Assembly (NCBI GenBank): GCA_963748625.1
Contig: CAVVJT010000004.1
Coordinates: forward strand, 608,001 to 672,000
Direction of reading: 5' to 3'
Length of the DNA: 64,000 nt
DNA from: an uncultured Chloroflexia bacterium
GTDB lineage: Bacteria > Chloroflexota > Limnocylindria > Limnocylindrales > CSP1-4
Shown: in pieces, positions 40,849 through 50,981 of the stretch
How the letters are laid out: each line of letters begins with the position of its first letter
How positions within the stretch are numbered: position 1 is the first letter of the stretch
The notes under the pieces: model-generated
The model's input: the letters and a program-made list of their open reading frames with translations, nothing else
Database searches by the model: none
Told to the model about the DNA's origin: nothing
Position numbers and translations under genes: made by a program

Positions 40849-41481
40849 TCAGCGGCCGGAGTTCCAGGCGACGCCGTCCTCGGTGATGACGATGTCCAGG
40901 GGCACGTCGTGTGCCTCTGGGGCAAGTCCCGCCACGAAGGTCTTCGCGAAGGCGACCCCAACTGTCACGGGCCTCGGACCCGGTGCCGCGAGCGTCCTGT
41001 CGAAGAAGCCACCCCCATAGCCGAGGCGCACCCCGCCAGGCCCGAAGCCGACGCAGGGAACCAGCATCACCTGCGCCTCCACGACCGGCGTGCCGTCGGG
41101 CGTCGGAATGCCATAGGCGTCGTCGCGCATCCGGACGCCGGGGTGCCATCCCCGGTAGACCAGCTGCGAGGTGGCCGGATCGATCACGGGCAACCCGACG
41201 ACGCGTCCGGGGCCGGCAACCAGCCACCTCCCCAGGAGCGGCAACAGGTCCGGCTCACCGCGGATGGCCCAGTACGCGCCAAGGGCGGTCTCCTGGCGTC
41301 GGTCCAGCCACGTGCCAACCTCCTCCTGGAGGCGGCGGACCCGGGCGTCACGGTCCGGCATCGCCGACCGCTCGGCAATCAGCCGCCGGCGCAGCGCGAC
41401 CTTGCCCAGGGCCACGACAGGGATGGCGTCTGGAATGGTGTCCGGGTCCGCAGGCAGCGGCGTGCTGGAGGGATCATCCAT
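40849..41481 (-). CDS. 5-formyltetrahydrofolate cyclo-ligase
   Basis: YWAIRGEPD, YGIPTP, LVPCVGF, RLGYGGGFFDRTL, HDVPLD. Confidence 0.93.
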   Translation of the reverse strand: MDDPSSTPLPADPDTIPDAIPVVALGKVALRRRLIAERSAMPDRDARVRRLQEEVGTWLDRRQETALGAYWAIRGEPDLLPLLGRWLVAGPGRVVGLPVIDPATSQLVYRGWHPGVRMRDDAYGIPTPDGTPVVEAQVMLVPCVGFGPGGVRLGYGGGFFDRTLAAPGPRPVTVGVAFAKTFVAGLAPEAHDVPLDIVITEDGVAWNSGR

Positions 41482-41675
41482 GGCACGGATTGTCCCGCCT
41501 CGCGGGGTGGCGCGCTCGCCGCCCGGGTGCACGTCGCCCGGGCGCACGTCGCCCGGTGCACGTCGCTCTGACGCCTGCCCCGATTCCGCGTATACGAGGC
41601 GGACGTCACGCGCTACCCTGCGCTTCGGGAAGCGTGACGCGGATCACCACCGCTGAGGAGAAGGGACACCAGGCC

Positions 41676-41960
41676 ATGTGCTGCATCTTCACCGTCTTCG
41701 CGCTGCTCGGGCCGCGCGCAGCAGCCGTCATCTGGTGGCTCCTGGAGCCCGCCCGCTGGAACCTCGCGTTCAATGGCCTCCTTGTGCCGCTCCTGGGCCT
41801 CATCTTCCTGCCGCTGACCACGATCATGTACGTGATCGTCTTCCCTGGCGGCGTTGACGGGTTCGACATCGTGTGGCTGGCGATCGCGTTCGGGCTTGAC
41901 CTGTTCACGATGCTCGGCGGCGGCTACAGGAACCGGCGGACCCTCTCCGGCTCGTACTGA
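41676..41960 (+). CDS. Small membrane protein
   Basis: MCCIFTVFALLGPR...LGLIFLPLTT; RBS present; three TMs. Confidence 0.75.
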   Translation: MCCIFTVFALLGPRAAAVIWWLLEPARWNLAFNGLLVPLLGLIFLPLTTIMYVIVFPGGVDGFDIVWLAIAFGLDLFTMLGGGYRNRRTLSGSY

Positions 41961-42007
41961 GCAACAGGGTCGGGCGACGGCCGGGGCACCGGGACACCGG
42001 GGGGCAA

Positions 42008-43243
42008 GTGGACAATCCTCGCGCACGAGCACCCAGGCTGCGGACGTGCCTGCTCCTGGCCGTGAGCCTGGTGGTGGCCGCCTGCGCCACGGCTCCGTCC
42101 CCCACCCCGGCTCCGGCTACGACCGACCCCGCGTGGAACCCGCTCCGGGACGTGATCGACCAGTCCGCGGCCGTGTGGGACGCCCATCAGCCCGGCGCGT
42201 TCGCCTACACCGTGGCGCTGGCCGAGGGTCCGGCGACCGGGAGCTCCCGCTATCGGGTGTCGTCGCTGGAGGGCGAGGTCGATGCCCAGCACCTCGACGG
42301 CGACGACGCGGCGCTGACCGCGGCCGACCTCTCGGTCACGGCGCTGTACGAGCGGGCACGCGCGTCCCTGGACGCCGGGGCGAAGGTGGCCCTGGCCGTC
42401 GATCGCACGTACGGGATGCCTACCACCATCAATGTGGACGGTGCGGGCACGGACCTCGACTGGTCGGCCGAGCTCACGGACCTGGTCGTGGCGGGCGATC
42501 CTGCCTCAGGCCCACTCGCCCAGAACGCCATGGGCGCGGTCGTGGACCGGTGGTCTCGCCGCCTGCCCGACGAGTTCGAGTACCGCTGGACGCGGTACCG
42601 CGCCAAGGACGGGCCCGTCGCCTCCACCATCTGGAACGTCCGGTCCGAGAACGGCAGGATGCGCTCCTCGTCGGAGGCCGAGGCGGCAGGCGCGGTGCCG
42701 CCGGAGACCGCGACGCCGGGCGGCACCCTGGACCTGCTCCAGCGCGAGATCGCCGGCGGGGCATGGGTGGACGTCGCGGCCGACAGTGCGACGGGTCGGG
42801 ACATCCTGGTCGCGGTGGATCCGTCCGGGTCGGTCGCGGGTGATGCGTACTGGATCCGGGTCGACTTCACCGATCTCGTGGCCGAGAAGTCCCGCGATGC
42901 CCAGGTGGCCGCGGTGCGACGGTGGACCGCCGGAGCGCCTGCCTCCTACAGCTACACCTGGCGCTTCCGGGGCGACGGCCGAGACCTGGACTACCGGGTG
43001 CGCGTGAACGGTGACGAGGTCACGATCCGCCCGCTCGACGGGTCCCCGGCAGCTGAGGGGACGTGGGCGTCACCGCGGATCGACGACACGCTCGCGATGC
43101 TGGGGGAGGTGCTCGACGACGGCGGACTGGTCAAAGCCACGTATCACAAGCGCCTCGGCTACCTCCAGAAGGCCGTGATCGTGCCGCACGGTGAGGCCGG
43201 CCGCGACGGGACCATCACGATCACCGGTTTCGACGTCCCCTGA
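42008..43243 (+). CDS. Lipoprotein with three tandem DUF6174-like repeats
   Basis: Lipobox VVAAC; three W....P..Y.Y repeats. Confidence 0.7.
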   Translation: MDNPRARAPRLRTCLLLAVSLVVAACATAPSPTPAPATTDPAWNPLRDVIDQSAAVWDAHQPGAFAYTVALAEGPATGSSRYRVSSLEGEVDAQHLDGDDAALTAADLSVTALYERARASLDAGAKVALAVDRTYGMPTTINVDGAGTDLDWSAELTDLVVAGDPASGPLAQNAMGAVVDRWSRRLPDEFEYRWTRYRAKDGPVASTIWNVRSENGRMRSSSEAEAAGAVPPETATPGGTLDLLQREIAGGAWVDVAADSATGRDILVAVDPSGSVAGDAYWIRVDFTDLVAEKSRDAQVAAVRRWTAGAPASYSYTWRFRGDGRDLDYRVRVNGDEVTIRPLDGSPAAEGTWASPRIDDTLAMLGEVLDDGGLVKATYHKRLGYLQKAVIVPHGEAGRDGTITITGFDVP

Positions 43244-43260
43244 CGCCTGGCCGGGCGAGA

Positions 43261-44040
43261 TCAGGCCTCGGTGGCGCGCAGCGCCTCGCGGACTTCGGTC
43301 ACCAGCTCGAAGTAGCGGGAGTCCTCGCGGACCTCGTCCGTCCGGGGCCTCGGCAGGTCGATGTCCACGATGCGGGTGATCCGGCCGGGCCGCGCGCTCA
43401 TCACCACCACGCGCGTGCTCAGGTACACGGCCTCCGGGATCGAGTGGGTCACGAACACGATCGTCGTCCCGGTCCGCTCCCAGATCCGGAGCACCTCGTC
43501 GTTCATGCGCTCGCGGGTCATCTCGTCGAGCGCGCCGAAGGGCTCGTCCATCAGCAGGATCCGCGGCTCGAACGAGAGGGCGCGGGCGATCGCCACCCGC
43601 TGCTGCATGCCCCCCGAGAGCTGGTAGGGCATGTGCCGCGCAAACCCGGAGAGGTCGACGAGCTCCAGCAGCTCGCCGGCCCGCCGGCGACGCCTGGCCG
43701 CATCCCACCCTACGATCTCGAGCGGCAGCTCCACGTTGCCCTCGACCGTCCGCCAGTCGAACAGCACCGGCTGCTGGAAGACCATGCCGTAGTCGCGGTC
43801 GCGGCGGGCCTGGCCCGCAGGCTTGCCGTTGACCGTCACCTCGCCGGTGGTGGCCGCCACAAGGTCCGCGATCACGCGCAGCAGCGTGGACTTGCCGCAC
43901 CCGGACGGCCCGATAAGCGAGACGAGCTCACCCTGCCCGATGTCGAGGTCGATGCCTGCGAGCGCGGCCGTGGTTGAGCCGTCGTGGCCCGCGAAGCGCT
44001 TCTCGACGCCGCGCACGCGGACAGCGGGCGCGGCGTCCAT
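43261..44040 (-). CDS. NitT/TauT-type ABC transporter ATPase
   Basis: [41 protein letters not shown]. Confidence 0.95.
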   Translation of the reverse strand: MDAAPAVRVRGVEKRFAGHDGSTTAALAGIDLDIGQGELVSLIGPSGCGKSTLLRVIADLVAATTGEVTVNGKPAGQARRDRDYGMVFQQPVLFDWRTVEGNVELPLEIVGWDAARRRRRAGELLELVDLSGFARHMPYQLSGGMQQRVAIARALSFEPRILLMDEPFGALDEMTRERMNDEVLRIWERTGTTIVFVTHSIPEAVYLSTRVVVMSARPGRITRIVDIDLPRPRTDEVREDSRYFELVTEVREALRATEA

Positions 44041-44063
44041 GCCGGTGGAGGAGTCCGGGGGCG

Positions 44064-45398
44064 CTACCCCACCACCGCCTGGTCGGCGATGTCGAGCGCC
44101 TTGTCGATCAGCTCGAAGCCCTCGGCCAGCTGCTCCTCGGTGATGCACAGGGGCGGGTTGGTGTGGACCGAGTTGTTGGCGAGCATGATGTAGACGCCGT
44201 TGTCCCGGAAGAACTTGCCGATCGCCTTCATCTCGGCACTGGTGCCGTTGAACGGCGTCAGCGGCGTCCAGGGATCCTGGCTGCGGACAAGGTCCAGGAT
44301 GCCGAACAGGCCGATGTTGCGGTGGGCGCCCACGGACGGGTGCCTGGCCGCGAGCTTCTCGTGCCAGCCGCGCATGACCTCGCCCATCCGGGCGGCGTTG
44401 CCGACGAGATCGTCGTCCTCGTAGACCTGGATGGTCGCGAGGGCCGCTGCCATCGACACCGGGTGCGACGAGTACGTGAGGCCGCCGTAGAACATGTGGC
44501 TGTCGAGCCACTCCGCGATGTGGTCGCGCACGGCGACCGCACCCAGCGGCAGGTAGGACGACGTGAGGCCCTTGGCCATCGTCATGAGGTCGGGCGTGAC
44601 GCCCCAGTGATCCACGGCGAACCACCTGCCCGTCCGGCCGAAGCCCGCCATGACCTCGTCGCAGGCCATCATGATCCCGTAGCGATCGCAGATCTCGCGG
44701 ACGCCGGCGAGATAGCCGTCGGGCGGGATGAGGATGCCGTTGGTGCCCACGACGGTCTCGAGGAAGACCGCGGCGATCGTGTTCGGCCCCTCGTACTTGA
44801 TGACGTCCTCCAGCCCCTGGAGGGACTCGCCCACCGGACGCGGCTCCTTCTCGCCCCAGCGGTGGGTGTCGGGGTAGCGCACGACCCCCACGATGCCCGG
44901 CTCGTTGGCCCAGCGGCGGTAGTCGCCGGTGAGGGTCATCGCGCCCGCGGTTGCACCATGGTACGAGCGGTAGCGGGCGAGGATCTTCTGGCGGCCCGTG
45001 ACGTGGCGCGCGAGCTTGATCGCGTTCTCCACCGCCTCGGCCCCGCCGAGCGTGAAGAAGACCTTGTTCATGTCACCCGGAAGGATCTCTGCCATCTTCG
45101 CGCCGAGCCTGGCGCGCATCTCGGTGGCGAACGCCGGCTGCACATACTGGAGCTTCGTCGCCTGCTCGGTGATCGCGCGCACGACGCGCTGGTCGCCATG
45201 CCCGATGTTGACCGACATCAGCTGGCTGTTGAAGTCGAGGATCCGCTTGCCCTCGGGCGTGTAGAGGTACACCCCCTCGGCCCGGTCGATCGCGATCGGG
45301 TCCACGGCCCCCTGGACCGACCAGCTGAAGATGGTGTGCTTGCGCGAGAGGGAGACGATCTCCTCGCTGGTCATGCCGGGCGCGGCGCTGATGCCCAT
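44064..45398 (-). CDS. Class III PLP aminotransferase (beta-alanine/taurine--pyruvate type)
   Basis: DFNSQLM, GGAEAVENA, SYHG, DEVMAGFGRTG, AKGLTS. Confidence 0.92.
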   Translation of the reverse strand: MGISAAPGMTSEEIVSLSRKHTIFSWSVQGAVDPIAIDRAEGVYLYTPEGKRILDFNSQLMSVNIGHGDQRVVRAITEQATKLQYVQPAFATEMRARLGAKMAEILPGDMNKVFFTLGGAEAVENAIKLARHVTGRQKILARYRSYHGATAGAMTLTGDYRRWANEPGIVGVVRYPDTHRWGEKEPRPVGESLQGLEDVIKYEGPNTIAAVFLETVVGTNGILIPPDGYLAGVREICDRYGIMMACDEVMAGFGRTGRWFAVDHWGVTPDLMTMAKGLTSSYLPLGAVAVRDHIAEWLDSHMFYGGLTYSSHPVSMAAALATIQVYEDDDLVGNAARMGEVMRGWHEKLAARHPSVGAHRNIGLFGILDLVRSQDPWTPLTPFNGTSAEMKAIGKFFRDNGVYIMLANNSVHTNPPLCITEEQLAEGFELIDKALDIADQAVVG

Positions 45399-45656
45399 GG
45401 TCCTCCGTTCCGGGCGGCTCCGTGGCCTGCCCGCATGCTCCCGCGATCGACGGATCGCGGCTCGACCTGTGTGAATTACACCACACCACCGGGGCACTCC
45501 TGACCCCGGACCCGATGCTCCCGCACCGCGGGCCATCCCGCCTCGACGTCGAACGCCGCTCCGCGCCGCGATCTCCGCGAGACAGGACCGCCGGCACCCG
45601 ACGATGCCCCGTTGGAGGCAGGGCAGATCGCGGGGATCGGGGGCACAATCGGGCAC

Positions 45657-47201
45657 ATGGCAAGCATGCGCGCGGTCCCCCTCCTGGCAGCGCTCCTTGC
45701 CGTGATGGCGGTCACCGCAAGCCCGGCGCCGGTCGGGGCCGCCGGTGACAGGGTCGCCCCCGTGTCGTCAGCACCGAGGGCCGTGCTCCGGACCGGCGCC
45801 GCGGTCACCTCCGAGGGAGTCCCGTTCCGGGCGACATGGCAGGCCTCGGACGCGTCGGGCATCGCCCGGTACAGGGTGCAGGTGCGCATCGACGGAGGCA
45901 GCTGGGCCCCGGTGGCCACCACCTCGCGCACTGCCCGGTCCACGACCCTGCGCGTGCCCCCGCCCCACGAGGCGCAGCTTCGCGTGCGGGCCACCGACCG
46001 GGCCGGCAACACCGGGCCGTGGGTCATCGGGCCCGCCTTCCGGGTGCGACGCCTCGCAGAGGCTGATGCCGCCGTGACCTGGACCGGCACCTGGTCAGTT
46101 GTCCGCTCGGCGGGCTACCTGGAGGGCTCGGCCCGGCGGACGGACCGGGCGGGCGCGTCGGCGACGCTCGACTTCACGGGCACGCAGGTCGCCTGGATCG
46201 GCCGGCGGGCCCCGTCCGGTGGCCGCGCGGTCGCGACGGCATCGGGCGCGGCCGCGGTCAACGTCGACCTTGAGGCCCCGGCGGCGAAGGACCGGCGGCT
46301 CCTGGCGGCCATGGCGTGGCCGTCTCCGGCACGGCGCACCCTGGCGGTCACCGGCCGGGGCGGCGGCAACACCTGGGTGGACGGCTTCGTCGTCGTGGAC
46401 GCGCCCGCCACGGACCCCGTCCTGGTGGGGGCCGGCGACATCGCCACGTGTGGCCTGGTGGGCGACAACCGGACCGCGCGACTCCTCGACGGGATCGCCG
46501 GACGGGTCTTCGCCGCGGGGGACACCGCCTATCCGTCGGGGAGCGCAGCCCAGTTCCGCGACTGCTACGACGCGAGTTGGGGTCGCTGGCGGCTGCGGAC
46601 CTCGCCGGCGCCCGGCAACCACGAGTACCGGACCGCGGGCGCCTCCGGCTACTTCGGCTACTTCGGCTCGCGAGCGGGCGTCGCCGGCAAGGGCTGGTAC
46701 GCCTACGACCTGGGCACGTGGCGTGTATACAACCTCAACGCGAACTGCACCCGGGTAGGCTGCGGGCCGTCCTCCGAGCAAGTCGCCTGGCTGGCGGCCG
46801 ACCTGGCCGCGCACCCTCACGCGTGCGTTGCCGCCGTCTGGCATCAGCCGCTCTTCTCCTCCGGCGAGCACGGCGCCGACCCAGCGGTCCGCACCCTGTG
46901 GCGGACGCTGGATGAGGCCGGCGCCGACCTCGTGCTCAACGGGCACGACCACGACTACGAGCGCTTCGCGGCGCAGGACGCTGACGGCCGCGCCGATCCT
47001 CACGGCATGGTGTCGTTCGTCGTCGGAACCGGAGGTGCCGATCTCCGCCCGTTCGGCGCCATCGCCGCCAACAGCCTGGTCCGGGATCACTCGGCCCACG
47101 GCGTGCTCAAGCTCACGCTGCGGCCCGACGGGTACGACTTCGCCTTCGTGCCGGTGCCCGGCGCAACCTTCCGCGACAGCGGCTCCGGGACCTGTCGGTA
47201 G
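45657..47201 (+). CDS. Secreted metallophosphoesterase with N-terminal Fn3-like/beta domains
   Basis: Signal peptide; GAGDIA, GD..Y, PGNHEY, WHQP, GHDHDYER. Confidence 0.88.
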   Translation: MASMRAVPLLAALLAVMAVTASPAPVGAAGDRVAPVSSAPRAVLRTGAAVTSEGVPFRATWQASDASGIARYRVQVRIDGGSWAPVATTSRTARSTTLRVPPPHEAQLRVRATDRAGNTGPWVIGPAFRVRRLAEADAAVTWTGTWSVVRSAGYLEGSARRTDRAGASATLDFTGTQVAWIGRRAPSGGRAVATASGAAAVNVDLEAPAAKDRRLLAAMAWPSPARRTLAVTGRGGGNTWVDGFVVVDAPATDPVLVGAGDIATCGLVGDNRTARLLDGIAGRVFAAGDTAYPSGSAAQFRDCYDASWGRWRLRTSPAPGNHEYRTAGASGYFGYFGSRAGVAGKGWYAYDLGTWRVYNLNANCTRVGCGPSSEQVAWLAADLAAHPHACVAAVWHQPLFSSGEHGADPAVRTLWRTLDEAGADLVLNGHDHDYERFAAQDADGRADPHGMVSFVVGTGGADLRPFGAIAANSLVRDHSAHGVLKLTLRPDGYDFAFVPVPGATFRDSGSGTCR

Positions 47202-47327
47202 CGTCCGGACTCGCGCCTGCCAGAGGCGTATGCTCACGCGCATCATGGCCCCCGGGCGCCGCCCGGAGGCCAGCCGTCCGACAACGGCCGGCCCGCTGCA
47301 CGGGCACACTTCGAGGAGGCTGACCGC

Positions 47328-48179
47328 ATGACCCGAATCGTCCGAGGCGCGCTCCTGCAGGCAACCTGGACCGGCGACAAGGAGTCGATGATCCAGAAGC
47401 ACGAGGGGTACGTCCACGAGGCGAAGAAGCAGGGCGCCCAGTTCATGCTCTTCCAGGAGCTGTTCTACGGCCCGTACTTCTGCCAGGTGCAGGACAAGAA
47501 GTACTACTCGTACACCGAGCTCATCCCCGACGGCCCCACCACCAAGCGCTTCCAGGCGCTGGCGAAGGAGACCGGCATGGTCCTCGTCGTCCCGATGTAC
47601 GAGGAGGACAGCCAGACCACCGGGGTCTACTACAACACCGCCGCCGTCATCGACGCCGACGGGACATACCTGGGCAAGTACCGCAAGACCCACATCCCGC
47701 ACGTCCAGGGCTTCTGGGAGAAGTTCTACTTCCGTCCCGGCAACCTCGGCTACCCGGTCTTCGAGACGGCGGTCGGGCGGGTCGGCGTGTACATCTGCTA
47801 CGACCGGCACTTCCCGGAGGGCGCGCGCGCGCTGGGCCTCAACGGCGCCGAGATCGTCCTGATCCCGTCGGCCACGTCACGCGGCCTGTCCGAGTACCTG
47901 TGGCGCGTCGAGCAGGTCAGCCACTCGCTCGCGAACGGGTACTTCGTCGGCACGATCAACCGCGTCGGCATCGAGAAGGAGATCGGGCCGGACGACTTCT
48001 ACGGCCAGAGCTACTTCGTGGACCCGCTGGGCCAGTTCGTGGGCTCCGTGGGCAGCCCCTACGACGAGGAGCTGATCATCCGCGACCTGGACTTCGAGAT
48101 GGTCAAGAAGGTCCGCGAGACCTGGCAGTTCTACCGCGACCGCCGGCCGGACATGTACGGCGACCTCATCCGCCCCTAG
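47328..48179 (+). CDS. Nitrilase-family beta-ureidopropionase (N-carbamoyl-beta-alanine amidohydrolase)
   Basis: FQELF, YRKTHIP, FWEKFYFRPG, ICYDRHFPE catalytic E-K-C triad; pyrimidine context. Confidence 0.88.
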   Translation: MTRIVRGALLQATWTGDKESMIQKHEGYVHEAKKQGAQFMLFQELFYGPYFCQVQDKKYYSYTELIPDGPTTKRFQALAKETGMVLVVPMYEEDSQTTGVYYNTAAVIDADGTYLGKYRKTHIPHVQGFWEKFYFRPGNLGYPVFETAVGRVGVYICYDRHFPEGARALGLNGAEIVLIPSATSRGLSEYLWRVEQVSHSLANGYFVGTINRVGIEKEIGPDDFYGQSYFVDPLGQFVGSVGSPYDEELIIRDLDFEMVKKVRETWQFYRDRRPDMYGDLIRP

Positions 48180-48306
48180 GCCGACCTAGAGCCGTTCGGC
48201 AGGGTTGCGAGCACGCTGCCGTCCGGTATGATCCCGCGCGGCTCGGCTGTCTGGAGGAGGACGGCCGAGCCGCTCGATTCTCACGGGCCCCCACGAGAGG
48301 ACGAGC

Positions 48307-49315
48307 ATGCAGTTCGGGTTCACGCTCAAGCCTGACCACTCCATCGAGCGGACGCTGGCGCTCACGAGGCAGGCCGAGCAGGCCGGCTTCACCTACGGCT
48401 GGCTGTTCGACAGCCACGTGCTGTGGCGGGACCCGTACCCGCTCCTGACGCTCATGGCCCAGGCGACGAAGACCATGCGCCTGGGCACCTGCGTGACCAA
48501 TCCGGCCACCCGTGAGCCGTCGGTGACAGCCTCCTCGCTGGCGGTGCTCAACGAGCTCTCCGGCGGCCGCATGGACCTGGGCATCGGGCGGGGCGACTCC
48601 GCGCGCCGGGTCCTGGGCAAGGCGCCGACGACCATGAAGGACCTCGAGCAGGCGGTCCACGTGATCCGGGCGCTCGCCGAGGGGCGCGGCATCGAGTTCG
48701 AAGGCACGATGCTGGAGCTGGGCTGGACCCCGGGGCACCGGCTCCCTGTCTGGATCGCGGGTTACGGTCCCGTGGCGCTCAAGCTCACCGGCCGCATCGC
48801 CGACGGGGCCATGCTCCAGATCGGCGACCCGGACCTCATCCGCTGGTTCGTGTCCCAGGTGCGCGCGTCCGCCGAGGAGTCGGGACGCGACCCGGACATG
48901 GTCCAGGTGATGGCGGCAGCGCCCGGCGCACGTGGGCGACCTGGCCGACGCCCGCGATCGCACCCGGTGGTTCCCGGCCCTGGTCGGCAACCACGTGGTG
49001 GACCTCGTGAACAAGTACCCGCGCGAGGACCTTCCGCCCGAGCTGACGGCCTACATCCGGGACCGTGAGAGCTACGACTACCTCCATCACGCGGAGGTCG
49101 GCTCGTCGAATGCCTCGTTCGTGACCGACGAGATCGTGGACCGCTTCTGCCTGGTGGGCTCGGTGGAGCAGCACATCGCGCGGCTCCGGGAGCTGGCGGA
49201 CGCCGGCGTGAGCCAGTTCAACCTCTACCTGATGAACGGGAACGAGGAGGAGCAGCTCGCGATCTACGGGAAGGAGATCATCCCGGCGTTCCGGGAGGCG
49301 TCCACCAAGGGCTAG
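48307..49315 (+). CDS. LLM-class (probably F420-dependent, TIGR03842-like) oxidoreductase; one apparent +1 frameshift at about 48922
   Basis: FDSHVLW, GTCVTNPATR, GIGRGDSA; ORFs 48307-49068 and 48932-49315 join if one C is removed from gcccgg. Confidence 0.85.
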
Positions 49316-49327
49316 GCCGCCCGGAGG

Positions 49328-50530
49328 TCAGTCCTCTGGCAGGCCGCCCAGGCTCCGGGTGCGCGTGAGCCACGCGCGGCCCCGCCCGCCGAGGATGCGG
49401 AGCAGGTCCGGCGTCGACACGAACGGGAGCGGGATCAGGTCGTCCTGCGGCTGGTCCGGACCGAGCCGGAGTCCAGTGCCGTAGGCGACACCCAGGGCCA
49501 CCGCGGCGGCCGTTCCCGGGTCGAGCCGCAGATCCGGGGCCGGCGCTGCAGGAGCGCCCGGATCCGCGTGTGCCGGGAGCAGGAGGTCGAGATCGCCCAC
49601 GGCGCGGACCCCTGACGCCCGGATGGTGGTGAGGGCCTCCTCGGCCAATTCGCGAGCGCGCTCGGTGGCCCACCCGGGAAGGCGCACGCGGGCGGACCCG
49701 GCTTCCAGGGGCCGTCGCTTGGCATTGCGGGCCGCACCCGCGAGCACGAGGTAGTTCCGGGCGCCCCGGCGCATGCCAGCTCCAGCCGCTTGAACGTTGA
49801 GCTGGCGGATCAGCTCCACCTCGGGATGGGACAGCGAGCGGTTCTGGAGGTCCTCCACCGGCTGGAGCGTGCCCGGGCGCAACCCCAGGAGCCCATCGAA
49901 CGCGCGGAACAGGAAGTCGTGGTTGCGGGGATCGGCCACGACGATCGTCACCCGGTCCGGACCGGCGACGGTGGCCCAACGCTCCACGAGACGCCCATGG
50001 TGGTGCATCTGCCACTGGCTCGACGGCCGCTTGTCAGACCCTTCGGCGAACTGGACCTTGAGCCACTCGTCGAGTGTCCGCGTGTTGCCGGCTTGCACAG
50101 CCTGCTGCCACTTCGAGGCCAGGATGGCGTCGAGCTGGCGCAGCGTGATCACCACCTGGACGTCGGGACCCGTGTCGGACAGGATCCTCCGCACGGCGGC
50201 GTCGTCCGCGTGGGCGAGGAACTCCGAGCTGTACAGGACGCGCGAGGCCGTCGAGCGCCGCATCTCGCGCACGAGCCAGGTCCACCACTTGATCGGAGGG
50301 GCCTCGCGATCGTCACGCGCGAGGGCGGGGGTGCCGGCAACCGCTCGTGCCGGGGTTGCCGTGTGGCGCCGGTTGCCCGCGTAGTGCACGCCCTGGCGCT
50401 CGAGCTCGGGGCGTGCGGCCCAGCACGCGCCCTGGAGCGCCGTGGTGCCGGTCTTCGACGGGCCGATGTGCAGGATGCGCGAGCCGGCCGGCAGGGCGGC
50501 GGTCGGCAGCGTCGGTGCTTCGCTGTCCAC
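49328..50530 (-). CDS. Sulfotransferase-like P-loop protein
   Basis: ILHIGPSKTGTTALQ, SSEFL, ITLR....L.S.WQQ, NRSLS; GGAGG RBS before GTG. Confidence 0.65.
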   Translation of the reverse strand: MDSEAPTLPTAALPAGSRILHIGPSKTGTTALQGACWAARPELERQGVHYAGNRRHTATPARAVAGTPALARDDREAPPIKWWTWLVREMRRSTASRVLYSSEFLAHADDAAVRRILSDTGPDVQVVITLRQLDAILASKWQQAVQAGNTRTLDEWLKVQFAEGSDKRPSSQWQMHHHGRLVERWATVAGPDRVTIVVADPRNHDFLFRAFDGLLGLRPGTLQPVEDLQNRSLSHPEVELIRQLNVQAAGAGMRRGARNYLVLAGAARNAKRRPLEAGSARVRLPGWATERARELAEEALTTIRASGVRAVGDLDLLLPAHADPGAPAAPAPDLRLDPGTAAAVALGVAYGTGLRLGPDQPQDDLIPLPFVSTPDLLRILGGRGRAWLTRTRSLGGLPED

Positions 50531-50660
50531 GGGTCCTCCAGGGCGCAAGAGTACCGCCCTGCCGCGATCCGGCTCAATCCACCCACGTCCTGCGTGCGAA
50601 CCTTCGGTACGCGTGCCGTGCGTCGGCGCGAGTCCCTGTCGATCCCGCATCATCTGTGTC

Positions 50661-50981
50661 GTGCCCGGGCTCTACCTCCTCGTCATCCTGTTCTCGTTCG
50701 GCGGCGTCCTGCTGCTCGCCCACCGGTTCCTGCCGGGCGTGGTGGGCCTTCGCCTGCTGCGCCCGATCGTGGCGGTCCTCGCGGTGTTCCTCGCGTTCGA
50801 CCTGATCGGCGCGGCGCGCGGCTGGTTCGCCTCCAACCTCGACTGGGTGGTCGCGTACGTCGAGCCCGGGATCCCGCCCGAGGAGCCGCTGCTCCTCGCG
50901 TTCCTGGCGCTGTTCTCAGTCGTCCTGTTCGAGTCGTTCCGGTGGCTGGCACGCCGGCGCGGAGGCGGTCCCAATGCCTGA
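50661..50981 (+). CDS. Lycopene cyclase domain protein (heterodimeric cyclase subunit, CrtYe-like)
   Basis: YLLVILFS..., FLAFDLIG, PGIPPEE..L motif; three TMs. Confidence 0.8.
   Translation: MPGLYLLVILFSFGGVLLLAHRFLPGVVGLRLLRPIVAVLAVFLAFDLIGAARGWFASNLDWVVAYVEPGIPPEEPLLLAFLALFSVVLFESFRWLARRRGGGPNA

Noticed and set aside
45469-45481. GTGTGAATTACAC imperfect palindrome as an operator upstream of the aminotransferase
   Set aside because: Single instance; no matching copy found upstream of the other pyrimidine genes.
48307-49315. Programmed frameshift in the LLM gene
   Set aside because: No slippery heptamer or stimulatory structure; a single extra C explains it.
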